DNA of 64,000 nucleotides from Octopus vulgaris (Eukaryota): NCBI GenBank assembly GCA_951406725.2, contig OX597819.1, positions 22,444,001 to 22,508,000 of the forward strand, read 5' to 3'. Shown piece by piece: positions 26,403 to 39,700 of this stretch (position 1 is its first letter; each line of letters starts with the position of its first letter). The notes under the pieces were generated by a model. It saw only the letters and a program-made list of their open reading frames with translations, ran no database searches and was not told where the DNA came from. The position numbers and the translations under genes were made by a program.

Positions 26403-27680
26403 CCTTAAATCCTTTAAAATGTTTTAGCCCGAAGGCCGCGGCCATGCTGGGGCACCACCGCTGAATGAGCTACACTAGTTTGTGAATCCACCTCTGATAC
26501 GTGGCACTTGATTAACAAGGGAGTTCGATGCTGCTGCCGGCATCCGTGTCTCCTGTCGTGAGGTAGGTTCATCTGGGACTCCCAACAAGAAGAGATCCAG
26601 TTTAGTTTTAAAGAAACTCACATCCACACCATGTAAGTCTCTCAGGCATTTAGGGAGGATGTTAAAGAGCTGTGGTCCTCTGAAACCCAAGCTGTTGCAG
26701 TATCTGGACCTGTATTTTGATGGTGATGTTGGAATCCTTGGCACCACGCATCGGCGCCCCGTTCTGCGGTTGGAGTAACTTTGAATGCCAAAGTTTGGGA
26801 CAAGACCCTCCAGGATTTTCCAGATGTATATCACTGCATATCTCTCCCGCCTCCGCTCCAGGGAGAAGAGGTTTAATACCTTCAGTCTTTCCCAGTAGCT
26901 GACATTTTGCATTGAGACGATTTTCTTTGTGTAGCTTCTCTGAGTTGCTTCGAGTTCTGCTGTTTGTTTTATATTGTGTGGTGACCAAAGTTGGGAGCAG
27001 TAGTCCAAGCGGCTGAGGACGAATGTTTTCCATAGGACCATCAGTGTCTCCTTCTCTCTTGTTCTGAAAGTTCGGAGAATCCATCCAGCTAGCCGTCTGC
27101 ATTTTATCACCAGATTAGCAATATGCATTTGGAAAGATGAATCATTGCTCATGTCAATGCCCAGGTCACGCACTGATTTTGACTCAGGGATTGCAATTCT
27201 TCCTGGGCCAGTGTATCCAGTCTTCACGTCATTTACCTTTGTGTGCCAGTAGCGCAGGGCCTGGAACTTACCTGCATTAAACTGCATGTTGTTGTCCTCA
27301 GCCCACCTGTATATTGTGTCCAGCTCATGTTGCAGATGCGCAATATTTTCAGGGTTTTGTATTGCGTGGGAGACTTTTGTGTCATCTGCATAGCTAGCAA
27401 GGGTGGTCATCGTAGCAACTGAAGGCATGTCTGAAAGGGCCACTATGAACATCAGTGGCCCAAGACAGTGCCCTGTGGGACACCGCTTGTTATTTGCGTT
27501 TCCTTGGAGGTGGCTCCATTGCTCACAACTGCCTGTTTTCTGTCTTTTAGGAAGTTGTGCAGCCACTCTCCAAGTTTCCCGCCTATGCCGAGACCATGCA
27601 GTTTGTGACAGATCATACCATGGTCGACTTTATCAAAGGCTTTTGCAAAGTCAAGATATATTACATCCACATTTGAGCCA
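26398..27680 (-). mobile_element. 5'-truncated CR1/L2-group LINE (RT C-terminal half and 3' tail)
   Basis: YLDFAKAFDKVDH, SGVPQGTVLG (frameshift) PLMF, YADDTK, SRLDYCSQLWSP, LNLFSLERRRERY; tail GGTGGTGCCCCAGCATGGCCGC + (AAGGATTT)n. Confidence 0.92.
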
Positions 27681-29005
27681 TATATATATATATATATATA
27701 TTCAAACATTTACTCACATACATTCACAGACAGGTATACAGTCATTTAAAAAATTTGACGCTGTCGTTAACCAGCCCTCACATACATATAGTTTGTTTAA
27801 TAAGGTACTTAACGTGGATTGACACACACAGAAACATATACAACGTGGCTAGTATTAAAAGTAAATGTATAAAAGTGAAGCATATACTAATGCAGAGATA
27901 CACGCTGTGTGATATACACACGCTCATACACTCACACACATTCATTCATAGACATATACACAGTTATATACAAAATATGACGTCTTCGTCGTCGTAGTTA
28001 GAATTAAAATGAAAAGCATAAAAGTGAAATTATATCACATTACAATATAGATGTAATTCTTTCACTTTTATTCTTTGAGATTTGACACGTAATACGGGAC
28101 CAGTGCTAATGTTGCATTGCTTTAATCCAAAAATTATGTGTTGGCACTCACGGCGCCTCATAGTATCACCATGTGAAATTTGATTTCATTTGGTGGAGCC
28201 GTTTGCGAATGCATTGGGAACAGAGGGACAGAGGATTTTATATATAGATTACAAAAAATATACTACTATAATATGTTTTGCTAAATTAGGATATACATTT
28301 TGCCCGGTACCCTTAATACCCATTTAGATCTTACTGTGACCTCCTTTGTCTTTCAACTGACAATATTGAAATAGTTTATGTCACCATCACCCTCTCTCTT
28401 TCTGGGGATATACACCTTTCTTACTGACATCTTGTGAGATTCGTTCCTTAATGTGGCCATACCGAATTTATAGCCACAGTATATTAAGGGTATGGAAGAA
28501 TATCTGGCATTAATTAATTTATGTTCAGCAGCAAGAACTTAACTCTTAATTTCCCGTTGTTTTAATTCTTAGTGGACGTGGAAAATTAGCTGCATTAGAG
28601 CTTTTGATGGTGATAAGGAGATAGAAAAATATAGCTATATTACCACCTTCCGACCCCCATTGTCATAATCTTCTGCCACTCCAAATTATAGTTGAAGTAT
28701 TTTATCCCTAAATTCATTCTGGTACAATAACAGCACTAAGCATTGTAATTATTTTATTCACAAGTTCTCGTGGTAAATTTTCTAAAAATTTATAATGTAA
28801 TATCCTGCATGTTAAAAACCTATATGGTCTCATGCATCCGAGGATGGTGGTGTAGTTCAAATTAATGTAATGTTAGCATTGCTCGATTAAATGGAGTCCC
28901 CTGAAACGGTCGTAATGCACCAGTATACCTTCGCATCCTTGTTACTTATTCGCTTCTTATTCACCTTACTTCGAGCAGTGCTACTAATACCGGACTGACT
29001 TGGTG

Positions 29006-29052
<47 letters not shown>

Positions 29053-29299
29053 AATATGTGTGGTGGGGTTATAAGTGTTCTAGATTTTCTTTGTATATTC
29101 TATATTCCATGATTGAACCCGATAGAATAAGAAGCAAATTTAAAAATAAATAAGTACAGGTGAACATTTGGTCATCTAAAACATTCAACATGGCCGTAGT
29201 CATGCTCTACTTAAGAAATAGAAATCAGTTTGACATGGGCTTCCCTGACAAAGAAAGTACACGTTTTAAATTTAAAAAACAATAGGGATTTTAACAGTA

Positions 29300-29363
29300 T
29301 CAATATTCAACAGTAAATGCTAAGATTTGTATTTTCACTTCTAAATTAGGGTTAAATTTAGAA
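29300..29363 (-). CDS. Gene B terminal coding exon: (P)SKFNPNLEVKIQILAFTVEY*
   Basis: 90-nt intron 29364-29453 with GTGAGT donor and TTTCCTCTTCAG acceptor conserved with gene A; TGA at 29302-29300. Confidence 0.6.
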
Positions 29364-29453
29364 CTGAAGAGGAAATATAGTTACAAGGACAACGCATCAA
29401 TGATATGGAGAAAGTGTATGAGGTACATTAAACAGCTTTAAATATATACTCAC

Positions 29454-29604
29454 GGAGCTCCGCATGTTCCAACAAATGCCTTTGTGGCTGTAACATTTGA
29501 AGCTCCTTTAAAGACGCAGACGTGATTCCAGCAATCGTTGCCGTTCATGATAGCAGTCCAGTTTGTGTCTTTAGTAACACATCTACCATCTGCCATCTTA
29601 CAAA
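29454..29604 (-). CDS. Gene B coding exon 3: (F)CKMADGRCVTKDTNWTAIMNGNDCWNHVCVFKGASNVTATKAFVGTCGA
   Basis: Acceptor TTTTCTTATCAACAACAG|, donor |GTGAGT, 151 nt, phase-compatible with exon 39701-39839; homologous to 5996-6146. Confidence 0.88.
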
Positions 29605-30575
29605 CTGTTGTTGATAAGAAAATATATTGATAATTCTATTAAAACTATTTCTATAACATATTTCAAGTCAGAAAGATAGAAAAATTCGATAAGCTAATAT
29701 TCCCGGCGTGCTAACTATTTTGCCCGCTCATCGTTGCAGATAGGGATATTCTGGTACATATGTTTATCAGAATAGATTAAAGTGATCGTTTTCATAGTTT
29801 GTAGCTCGTTTTTAAAGACAGGTAGAAGAGATTTCTGTATCATGAAAGGTATTTAAAACATTATATGCATGATTAAAACTTACAGTACGCCGGTGACGAC
29901 GTAAAGATTTCCAACTGAGTGCACTTAACGTAGTTCTGTTGTACCTGTATACAAATCATTTTTGCTAACTGACTGGACACGGGCAACGTGAATTAAAGTG
30001 TCTTTAATTCAAGAATGCAACACACTGCCAAGAGTCGAACTCACAACCGTAAGACAAATACTGTAACAAATAAGCGAAACGCTTTCACACGTTATAAAAG
30101 TTATCATGTTCTGAACCTGCTCAACACCTTAACGTGTCCTCAACGTTGTGTGAACAAAATGATTCAGATTAAACAACGCTAGATAATGTTACTAACTATA
30201 TGTTTCGTTTATGTTTTTGGAAGGGTTGAGGACATGATAACAAAGCTGAATGCTAGTTTGACTTACGTTTAATGTAACAGCGTAGAACAGAGGTGTTACG
30301 TATATCATTTATGGAAGTAATGTGAGTGTACTTTTGTGCTTATTTAGTTCGAGGAGTTATGTAGAAGTGTATGTATGAATAATTGTGTATAGCTATCATT
30401 TACGAATTGCGTGTATGAAACCAGTGTGCGTATAAAAGTATCATTATATGTGTAGTTGCAATGTTGCTGAATTCTGTTGGGTGAGCTCGTGATAACTTTG
30501 AGAGGTTATTAAGTAATTCTTCTGCATTAATTAACAGTTTCACAGTTCATTTACATTATGGACGCATGTATCTAT

Positions 30576-30650
<75 letters not shown>

Positions 30651-30664
30651 CGTGTATATGTTAT

Positions 30665-30719
<55 letters not shown>

Positions 30720-30729
30720 TATATGTTTC

Positions 30730-32710
30730 TAGAATTAAATGGAAAGCCTACTATTCTAACTATAATATATCTAATTTTAATGATAGTATGAATGATAATT
30801 TTACTTATAATTTTAAATCAAAAATGGAACCCCCATTTAATAGAGAATTACAAACACTAGAAGATAATATTTGGAAGGCGGTGAAAAACATTAAATTTCA
30901 TAAATACCCAAACAGAAATAATGAATGTTTAAGAAATTTAGCAATTGGAATTAAAGAAATGAGAAATATGGATGGTATTATTGTACAGTCAGATAAAACT
31001 AGGAATCTCTATAAATTGGATGTTAAATTATATGATAACCTTTTAGAGAAAGAAATAATTAAAAAAATATAAAATTCTTTCAGATAGTATAATTTATAAT
31101 ATTAATAAGGCCTCTAAATTAGTAATGATAAACTATGAGTTGGATAATAAAACTGAACCTTATGTACCTATGAACACTAGAATTACCCTGAAAGACCATA
31201 AAGATAATTTTTATTCAGACCCTAAAGTTAGATTAATTTGTCCATGTAAATCTGACCTTGGTAAATTGAGTAAACTTATTTTAGATAAATATATTAATAA
31301 ATTAAATACACTTAATTACTTAAAATTATGGTTTAGTAATAATAATACTTTAAATTGGTTTAATAATATTAAAGAAGAAAATCGATATAAATTTATTCAA
31401 ATAGATATAGATAATTACGATTCTTCTATTAATGAAATTGTGTTTAATAAGGCCCTTATTTTTGCAATGAATGAAGTGGGAATGACTTTTGAGGAGGTTA
31501 ATGTAATTAAAATGGCTAGGAAATCGTTTATAAAATACAAGAATAAATTATGGGCTAGGAAAGATACTAGGGACGTTTTTGATATACCTACGGGAGCACC
31601 TGATTCTGCACAAGCTACGGATTTAGTAGGTATTTATCTTTTATCTGAACTCCAATTAGAAAATTTAAAAATAGAGGGTGGTTTATATAGGGATGACCTT
31701 CTACTAAGTACTAAGAATTGCACTAATAGGTACTTAGAAGTATATAAGAAAAAACTTTATAGTTTCTTTAAAAGATATGATTTAAGTATTACTATATATA
31801 ATGAGAATTTTAATGTTAATTATTTAGATGTTAATTTTAATCTAATTATGGGTAAAACACAACCATATCATAAACTTAATGAGAACCTTAGATATATAAA
31901 TGTTACTAGTAATCACCCAACATCAATTAAAAAATCGTTGATTAATAATATAAGTAAAAGTATATCATTACTTTCTTATGATTTAGAGATTTTTAATAAA
32001 CATGCTCCTTATTACAATGAGGCCCTTAGAGAGGCAGGTTATAATAGTAATATTACATTTTTTATTAAAAATAAAGATAAAACTATTAATAATAGAGATA
32101 AAAATATTGATAATAATTATAATAATTTTGTAAGTAATATTGGTAATAATCTTAGTAATTATAAAAATAAAAATGATATAAATAAAAATAAGAATAAAAA
32201 TAAAAATAATAACTTTAATAATTCTTTAAATTTTAATTATAATTATTAATTCAAATCTAATAATAATAATAATATTAATATGATAAATCAATATAATAAT
32301 AATAATGGTAACAATAATAATGATAGTTTTAATAATAATAAGAAGAAAAATAAGAATAAAATTTGATTAATAGTTCCTTATGGTGCTCAAGTTAAAACGA
32401 ACATTATTAAAGAGATTTTAGATATTATTGAACTATTTATTCGAGATAATCGTAAATATAAAAACATTTTCTCTAGTAATAATTTTCGAGTAGGTTATTC
32501 TACCACTAATAGTGTAGGTAACATTATTTCTTCTTTTAACAAATTTAAACTGAATAATTTTTATAAAAATAAATTATATAATAATAACAATAACAAAAAA
32601 GATAAGACACTCATTAACTGTACATGTAGAAATAAAACTAAATTCAAATTAAATAATAAATGTGATATTAACGATGTAGTGTATAAATGTATAGTTACAT
32701 TACATAATGA

Positions 32711-32777
<67 letters not shown>

Positions 32778-33833
32778 TCAAACGCGATATATATAGGGTC
32801 CACTTCCTCTAAAATAAAATTAAGAATCGCACAGCATACGCATTCATTTAAAAATAAAAGCTTATTTAACTCCACTGGACTTAGCAAGTACATTTGGGGA
32901 CTTAAATCCCAAAATATTAATTATGATTTATCATGGGAAATAATTAGTAAGGCTAAATCATATAGTATAGGAGAGAATTTTTGTTATTTATGTTCACATG
33001 AGTTTAAGGAAATTTTATTTTATAAGCATGATAATTTAGTGAAAACACTGGGATGAGCGCAAAATAAAATGCAGACACAAGTTACTTTACTTATATAATA
33101 AATTTCTTGATAAATAATGAATATTTCTTAGCTTTAATTAGCTCCTTATTTGTTGATTTATGTAATAGTATTCTAAATATAGTAGGTGATTTATAGTACT
33201 TATTACATAAGTTTATTTTAGTTATTTAGGTTCTGCTTTTAATTAGAGTTAGTTTATAAATAGTTGTTTATTTTATTACTAAATATTTTATTACTAAATA
33301 TTTCATTAATAAATATTTAATGGTTTATTGAATATAGAGTTTGGAAAGTTACAATTTTATTTATCTTATAATAAAGTTAAGTTTATATATTTTGCTATAT
33401 TTTTGTTATAATTTTGTTAAATTAATCTATTTGTATGTAATCTCTTTATATTTGAAATATATTTATTTAGTTGTTTATTTAATCTATTTTATTTAATATA
33501 GAAGTATAGATTAGTAAGATTAAATATTTAGATTAAACTTAATATTTACCTCTATTTTTGTATTGAAGTATGAATATAGACATTTTTATACGTATTTATT
33601 TATATTATATATGTGTTTGTGTGTGTATGTATATATGTCTATAGGTTTATGTGCGTGTATATATATATGTATACGTATATACATTTATTTATGTGTGTGT
33701 GTGTGTGTGGGTGGGTGTATATATGTGTATGTGTATATATTGAGTATTGTATGTATTTACATGTATGTATGTACATATGTGTATGTGTGTATATGTGTGT
33801 ATATATATGTATATATATATATACCTATATATG

Positions 33834-33874
<41 letters not shown>

Positions 33875-35700
33875 GTATGTATAGTTATACCGCCAATTTT
33901 GATAAGTATTTTAGAGATTTTGGTTATGATCACTAATTTTAGCTCAAAATTATAAGAGCATTGGGAAAGAATTTATAGTACGTTGAGGGGTTACTATAAA
34001 AACATTATTTATATATTTATTAATCATATAAGATTTTTAGAGTATATCTAATAATTAGTGGTTTTTATTCATTTAAATTATTTAATTTATTCTGTATTAA
34101 GTATTATTCATCATAGTTATTTTATTAATAAATCTTATAGTATAGAGTGATTTTATTCTTTATTTGTGACTTCATTCTGTTTACACTTATTGATAAACTA
34201 TAACTGTTCCCATTCACAATCTTCATTGATAAAGCGTATTTGTTCCTCACGCTAAATGAATTCTTCAACAATTTATTCTTTTTTTGCTAATAACGTAATC
34301 CCACAAGTATTCTTATAAACGGTGTAAAGACGTTTTCCGATTCAAAATTTTAGTTCATTACAAAACCTCACTAAGATAAGTATTTATTTATATTTAAGAT
34401 CTTTAAATTGTAAATTTTAATATTTTGTAAGTCTTTGGTGTAATAATATTTTTCTTATGTAAATATCGTTGTTTATGTAATGATCTAATTATCGTAATTT
34501 TCTATATAATTATTAGATATTAAATTTAAGTTTATTCGTAAGATATTACTTAGCGATAGATATGATGTTTGATAGCAAGTATACGAGTTGTCTAAAGTTA
34601 GGTTTATGTATATACATGTATTAATAGCATTAATTGTAGTTTTAAATTTCTTATAATAAAAATTAGATGAACTTAGATAAACTTGGATATGTTTCGACCA
34701 AAGATTGGTCCTGGCCATGTCTAACTTAATAGCATAACTTAGTTATTGTATTTTAAAATTAATATTTGCTAGTTTTATTCCCATTGATAAATATATTTAT
34801 AGTATTTATTCGATAATATATAACTACGAATTGATTATTTCTATAACTATTTTAAATATAAGATTTCCGAAAGTTCGTTTAAGTGTGTTTGTTTGTATTT
34901 TTGAAATTAGCTATTTCATCTTTAAATATGAAAAATTAATTTATTAGGTCTTTATTATATGCGCATATATATTTATTTATAGAGATTATTTTAGATCTTA
35001 ATTATAATATTTATATACATTTATATATTTTCATTGATAATTTATATAAAATAGTCATTTTTTAAAAATATTTATGTAATTAGATATAGACTATTACCGA
35101 TATTAAATTATTGGTGGGTTTCGTGCCTTAAAAATTAAAATTAATATTTAACATTATAATCGATTTTGATATAATCATAATCGTTAAGTTTTAAGTTTCT
35201 AGTTTGATAATAGACTTTATTATAAGTAAAATTATTATATTATTTTTATCTTAAAAATATCGTTTAAATATTTCTGATTATTTTAAAATAATTTCAATTT
35301 ACCTAAAGATTGACTGTAACCATAATTCGAATTATTAATTGAATTTAAACTATTGTTATTCGAATTGGTACAGCCATGAAACGATCGTAGTGATTTACTC
35401 TTTATCTTTTATTAAACTTTTAATACTTTTGATATTTATATAATAAAAATAAATAAATTAATTAATTAATAAATTAATAAATAAAATAAACATAAATATA
35501 GAAATATAAATACATATATATATATATATATTTGTATATATATATATTAAATTTATAAGTTTAAATTATTTAAATAATTTTTTCAATTTTAAATTTTATA
35601 TTTTAAAATTAATTTTATGTATTGGCTTATGTTTTTCACTGTTTGATATGCCTAATAGTGGTTTTATCTCTAATTTAATATAATGGCTAATTTAATATAA
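30730..35700 (+). mobile_element. Near-full-length Penelope-like retroelement (RT + Asn-rich linker + C-terminal GIY-YIG; probably Naiad-type), disrupted, in an intron of gene B
   Basis: [77 protein letters not shown]; VVYKC...YIGST...LSKYIW...CYLC...CRH; 3' hammerhead-like motif at 35298-35394; flanked by TA-rich repeats. Confidence 0.92.
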
Positions 35701-35703
35701 TAT

Positions 35704-35857
35704 AGTGGCTGTGTGGTAAGTAGCTTGTTTACCAACCACATGGTTCCGGGTTCAGTTCAACTGCGTGGCACCTCGGACAAGTGTCTTCTACTATAGCCCC
35801 GGGCCGACCAAAGCCTTGTGAGTGGATTTGGTAGACGGAAACTGAAAGAAGCCCGTC

Positions 35858-35923
<66 letters not shown>

Positions 35924-36142
35924 TGTGTGTGTTTGTGTGTCTGTGTTTCTCCCCCTAGCATTGCTTGACAACCGATGCTGCTGTGTTTATCTCCCCGTTA
36001 CTTAGCGGTTCGGCAAAAGGGACCGATAGAATAAGTACTGGGCTTACAAAATAATAAGTCCCGGGGTCGAGTTGCTCGATTAAAGGCGGTGCTCCAGCAT
36101 GGCTGCAGTCAAATGAGTGAAACAAGTAAAAGAGTAAAGAGT
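35704..36142 (+). mobile_element. tRNA-derived SINE (same family as 22237-22650)
   Basis: Near-identical head, body and AAAGAGT tail. Confidence 0.9.
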
Positions 36143-36365
36143 ATATATATATATATATCATAATACAGTAAGTACTCACTATAGTGCTCGTGTTTTTCAT
36201 AGCGTCTATTGCCATTAATAACCGACGAGAATGCATCGTAGGTCACAGCTTCGAAATTCGAAACCCCGAATACTATCATGGCAACTTTTTGTTTGTTATA
36301 AATTATAATAGATAGGAATATCCTGTATTTATCTAAGATCGAAGTCTCATTATTTTGTAGCCACT

Positions 36366-36397
36366 TATTATTATTATTATCATTATCATTACCATTA

Positions 36398-36476
<79 letters not shown>

Positions 36477-36528
36477 CTTCTTCTTCTTCTTCTTCTTCTT
36501 CTTATTATCTATCTTCTTCTTCTTCTTC

Positions 36529-36615
<87 letters not shown>

Positions 36616-36637
36616 CATTATTACTACTATTATTATT
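36366..36637. repeat. (TTA)n/(TTC)n microsatellite
   Basis: Directly visible. Confidence 0.95.
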
Positions 36638-36657
36638 AATATATATTATATATATAT

Positions 36658-36723
<66 letters not shown>

Positions 36724-37662
36724 GTATATATATATATATATGTAAACATTTTTCGTTTTCTTGTCATGCGGTTTTCCGTTCCATACAGGGGAAGAGTGTT
36801 TGGATGCAATCTATGCACTGTTAAACCACTACACAATATCATAATACTATTAAGAATCGGAATGAAACTCTGGTACGTTTTCTCCCACATAAATACTCCA
36901 GGAATTTGACAAAACATGGATAGTGTTTTTTTTTCTTTTTTCTATACCTGAACTATTTTCTGTCAACTATAAAGAACTAACTTCTGTATCTTGTATAATA
37001 CGTGGTTCAGCAAAACCCAACCCCACCGTCAACCAGCAGGTCCAATATCAAGCTTTTCAGTTTCCTACTGTGTTTCCTTCTTATACGCCCTCTCACCACT
37101 TTCTCCTATTCCCTTATACTCACCTTCCGATTGCATTTACTATTATGTGGGGTACCTTATATTTGAAATAATTACACTACAGAATGGCCACGTTTGTCAC
37201 ATTTAATACCCCATACAATATTCTATGTTTTATCTACTTTCGATACTATTATAGTTAATGGAAGGACTATACCCTAATGGTAATACCTGCTATTATTGTC
37301 CTAGCTGTTTTTATACATTATATTAAATTCTGATTATTCTAAACATTTATTCTTTAAATGTTTAAACGTACTATCCATTTCTTAATGTATTTTATAAATT
37401 ATATTTTTATACTTTGTAATTTTTATATACATTTCATATTTTTAAAAAATTATTTGAAACTTTCTATATTTTATCCCAATCCTGTCCTTCTGCAGTCCCG
37501 TTTATAGGGCTGTTCTATCTTTATTCCTTTTTAACTATCATTTATCACTCTCTACGTCCTATCAACTCCTCTATTAATAAAGTATTAGCGATTTACTGCA
37601 TATCTTATATAATATTTTGCTTCTATTAATTATAATCTTCTTTACTTAATTCTTGATCTTAA

Positions 37663-37829
37663 TACCGTAAATCCTCGAGTATAGTCCGCCCTTGAGTATA
37701 ATACGCAGGGAATTTTTAGGGGGCTGTACCTCTGAAAAACCTAAACCTTGTGTATAATACACACCCCTTATCTAACTTGAGTCAAGGAGGTCTGTATAAC
37801 GTCCTTGCTTTGTAAAACTGTATACGGTA
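37663..37829. mobile_element. MITE-like element with TACCGTA...TACGGTA ends
   Basis: Short inverted ends with TA; internal CTCGAGTATA/CTTGAGTATA subrepeat reminiscent of pogo-derived MITEs. Confidence 0.55.
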
Positions 37830-38110
37830 ACGTACTTTATTATTATTGTATATATATATAACATAATGCAAATGTGTAGCATCTTTGTGCATTTTGTTTG
37901 CAGAAAATTAAGAAATAACAGTAATAACGCTTAATAAATGTTGCTTACGGCAAGTTGTGGATGATTCTTTTATGACTTCATTGCTTTCAGACTTTTAAAT
38001 GACCTGCTTTGAAGTTTTGCATTCGGTAAAATTTTGTTTATTTTAGTAGTTTTAGCCACAAGAGCCCCTGCTAGCGTGCGGTATCTATGAATAGTAGTGC
38101 CCTCTATATA

Positions 38111-38195
<85 letters not shown>

Positions 38196-38302
38196 AGCAT
38201 ATATGTGTACAGGGCGTCACAAACGGTGAAAATAATGGTAGATTTCGGTATGGAATTTCGTTAAGTTCCTTACCATTATCGGCAAGGAGCTTTTTCAAAA
38301 AG

Positions 38303-38365
<63 letters not shown>

Positions 38366-38879
38366 TCAGACTAATATATATCAGCCGGATCGTGGGTTTA
38401 AATGTTCAGTGAAGTACCGGCACATTTTAGGATGGCTTTTGTCATCCGCGCTCCGGTTACACTTCAGTGGAACTATTTAGTTAATGAATGAATAAAATAA
38501 CAAGAAGAGAATATAACACCATGGCAGACGACACTGAAGATCTTTAGTGAGACACATCTTTATCAATGTACTTCACTAGACATAGACCGCAGTCGATAAA
38601 ACACAATCTTTTGAAGGAAGTCGCACACATAAAGGACATTTACAGGACGGGCCGAAACGAATAAAGCTCAATACCAAATCCATCTTGTCGTTACTTAATT
38701 GATATGTATGCATGTATATATGTATGCATGTATTTACGTATGTATCTATTTATGTATGTATGTATGCATTCTGGTAATAACTGTGTGATTAAATCATCAC
38801 TCAATTAATATTTTAAACGACTAATTTCGATTCTCATATCTGTTAATTTCAGATGTGTAAACATAAACTTTCATGTTCG

Positions 38880-39380
38880 AGATGCGTACACATACGCGCA
38901 TAAGTTGAAATGCTCATAGGCTGACTGTGAATGAGCGATCCTGGCGCTGTGGAGTCTTGCATGCATCCATTTCAACTTTTCGTAATAATGACTGTATTGT
39001 TTGTTTCCTTGTTGTCTTTTGTTGTTCAAATCAACTGTCAACTGTCTATTCAGTAGTTGAAACCTCTCTTGAATATGAAAAAAATGTATTACCTCCAGGA
39101 AAAAAGTTTATCCCCAAACTCATTCACGCTAACACGGTTGGTACATTAGTGGATGGCGATCCATCTTTATCAACAAAAGTGAGCGGCTGAATTTTGGAGG
39201 GGAATAGAGAATAGTAAAATTGATCCAAGATCTGGACATCCTGCAACACCCACTACCGACAAAAACATTGGTCATGTTCATCATTTGCTGATGGATAAAT
39301 GGCGATTGACTATAAAGCAAATAACCAATGCTATTCGCATTCCTCATGAGATAATTGAGAACCAGAAATGCATATCCCAT
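38880..39380 (+). mobile_element. Mariner fragment (5' region and HTH)
   Basis: DPRSGHPATPTTDKNIGHVHHLLMDKWRLTIKQITNAIRIPHE; homologous to the reverse complement of ~1590-2000. Confidence 0.8.
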
Positions 39381-39700
39381 GAAATTGTTCTGCCCACCAG
39401 AATCGTTAGTGCATTTATATGCATTTTTTAAGCACTGAGATTTAACGCTATTGTTGAATATTACATTTTGTCACTTAAGTTCAATAAACGAAGAATCCGT
39501 CGTTTACTGGGGTTGATATAACCGTCTAGGAGTTGGCGTACATCAACACCACAACTACCGCTGTCTGATGGTCAGTAATTAAGAGTTACCGAACAAGGCC
39601 TATCCCATTTGAAACAAAGCAAATATAAACCTTCGTTGGGATTTTGATACATTAAACACGTAGTGAAGCGAGGACAGGAAAACTTTTATTGTCAACTTAC

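Noticed and set aside
32361-32372. In-frame TGA in the PLE as possible selenocysteine (reported for some Naiad PLEs)
   Set aside because: It falls at an expected Trp position (KI*LIVPY, like IWFNPP), and the element has other stops and frameshifts.
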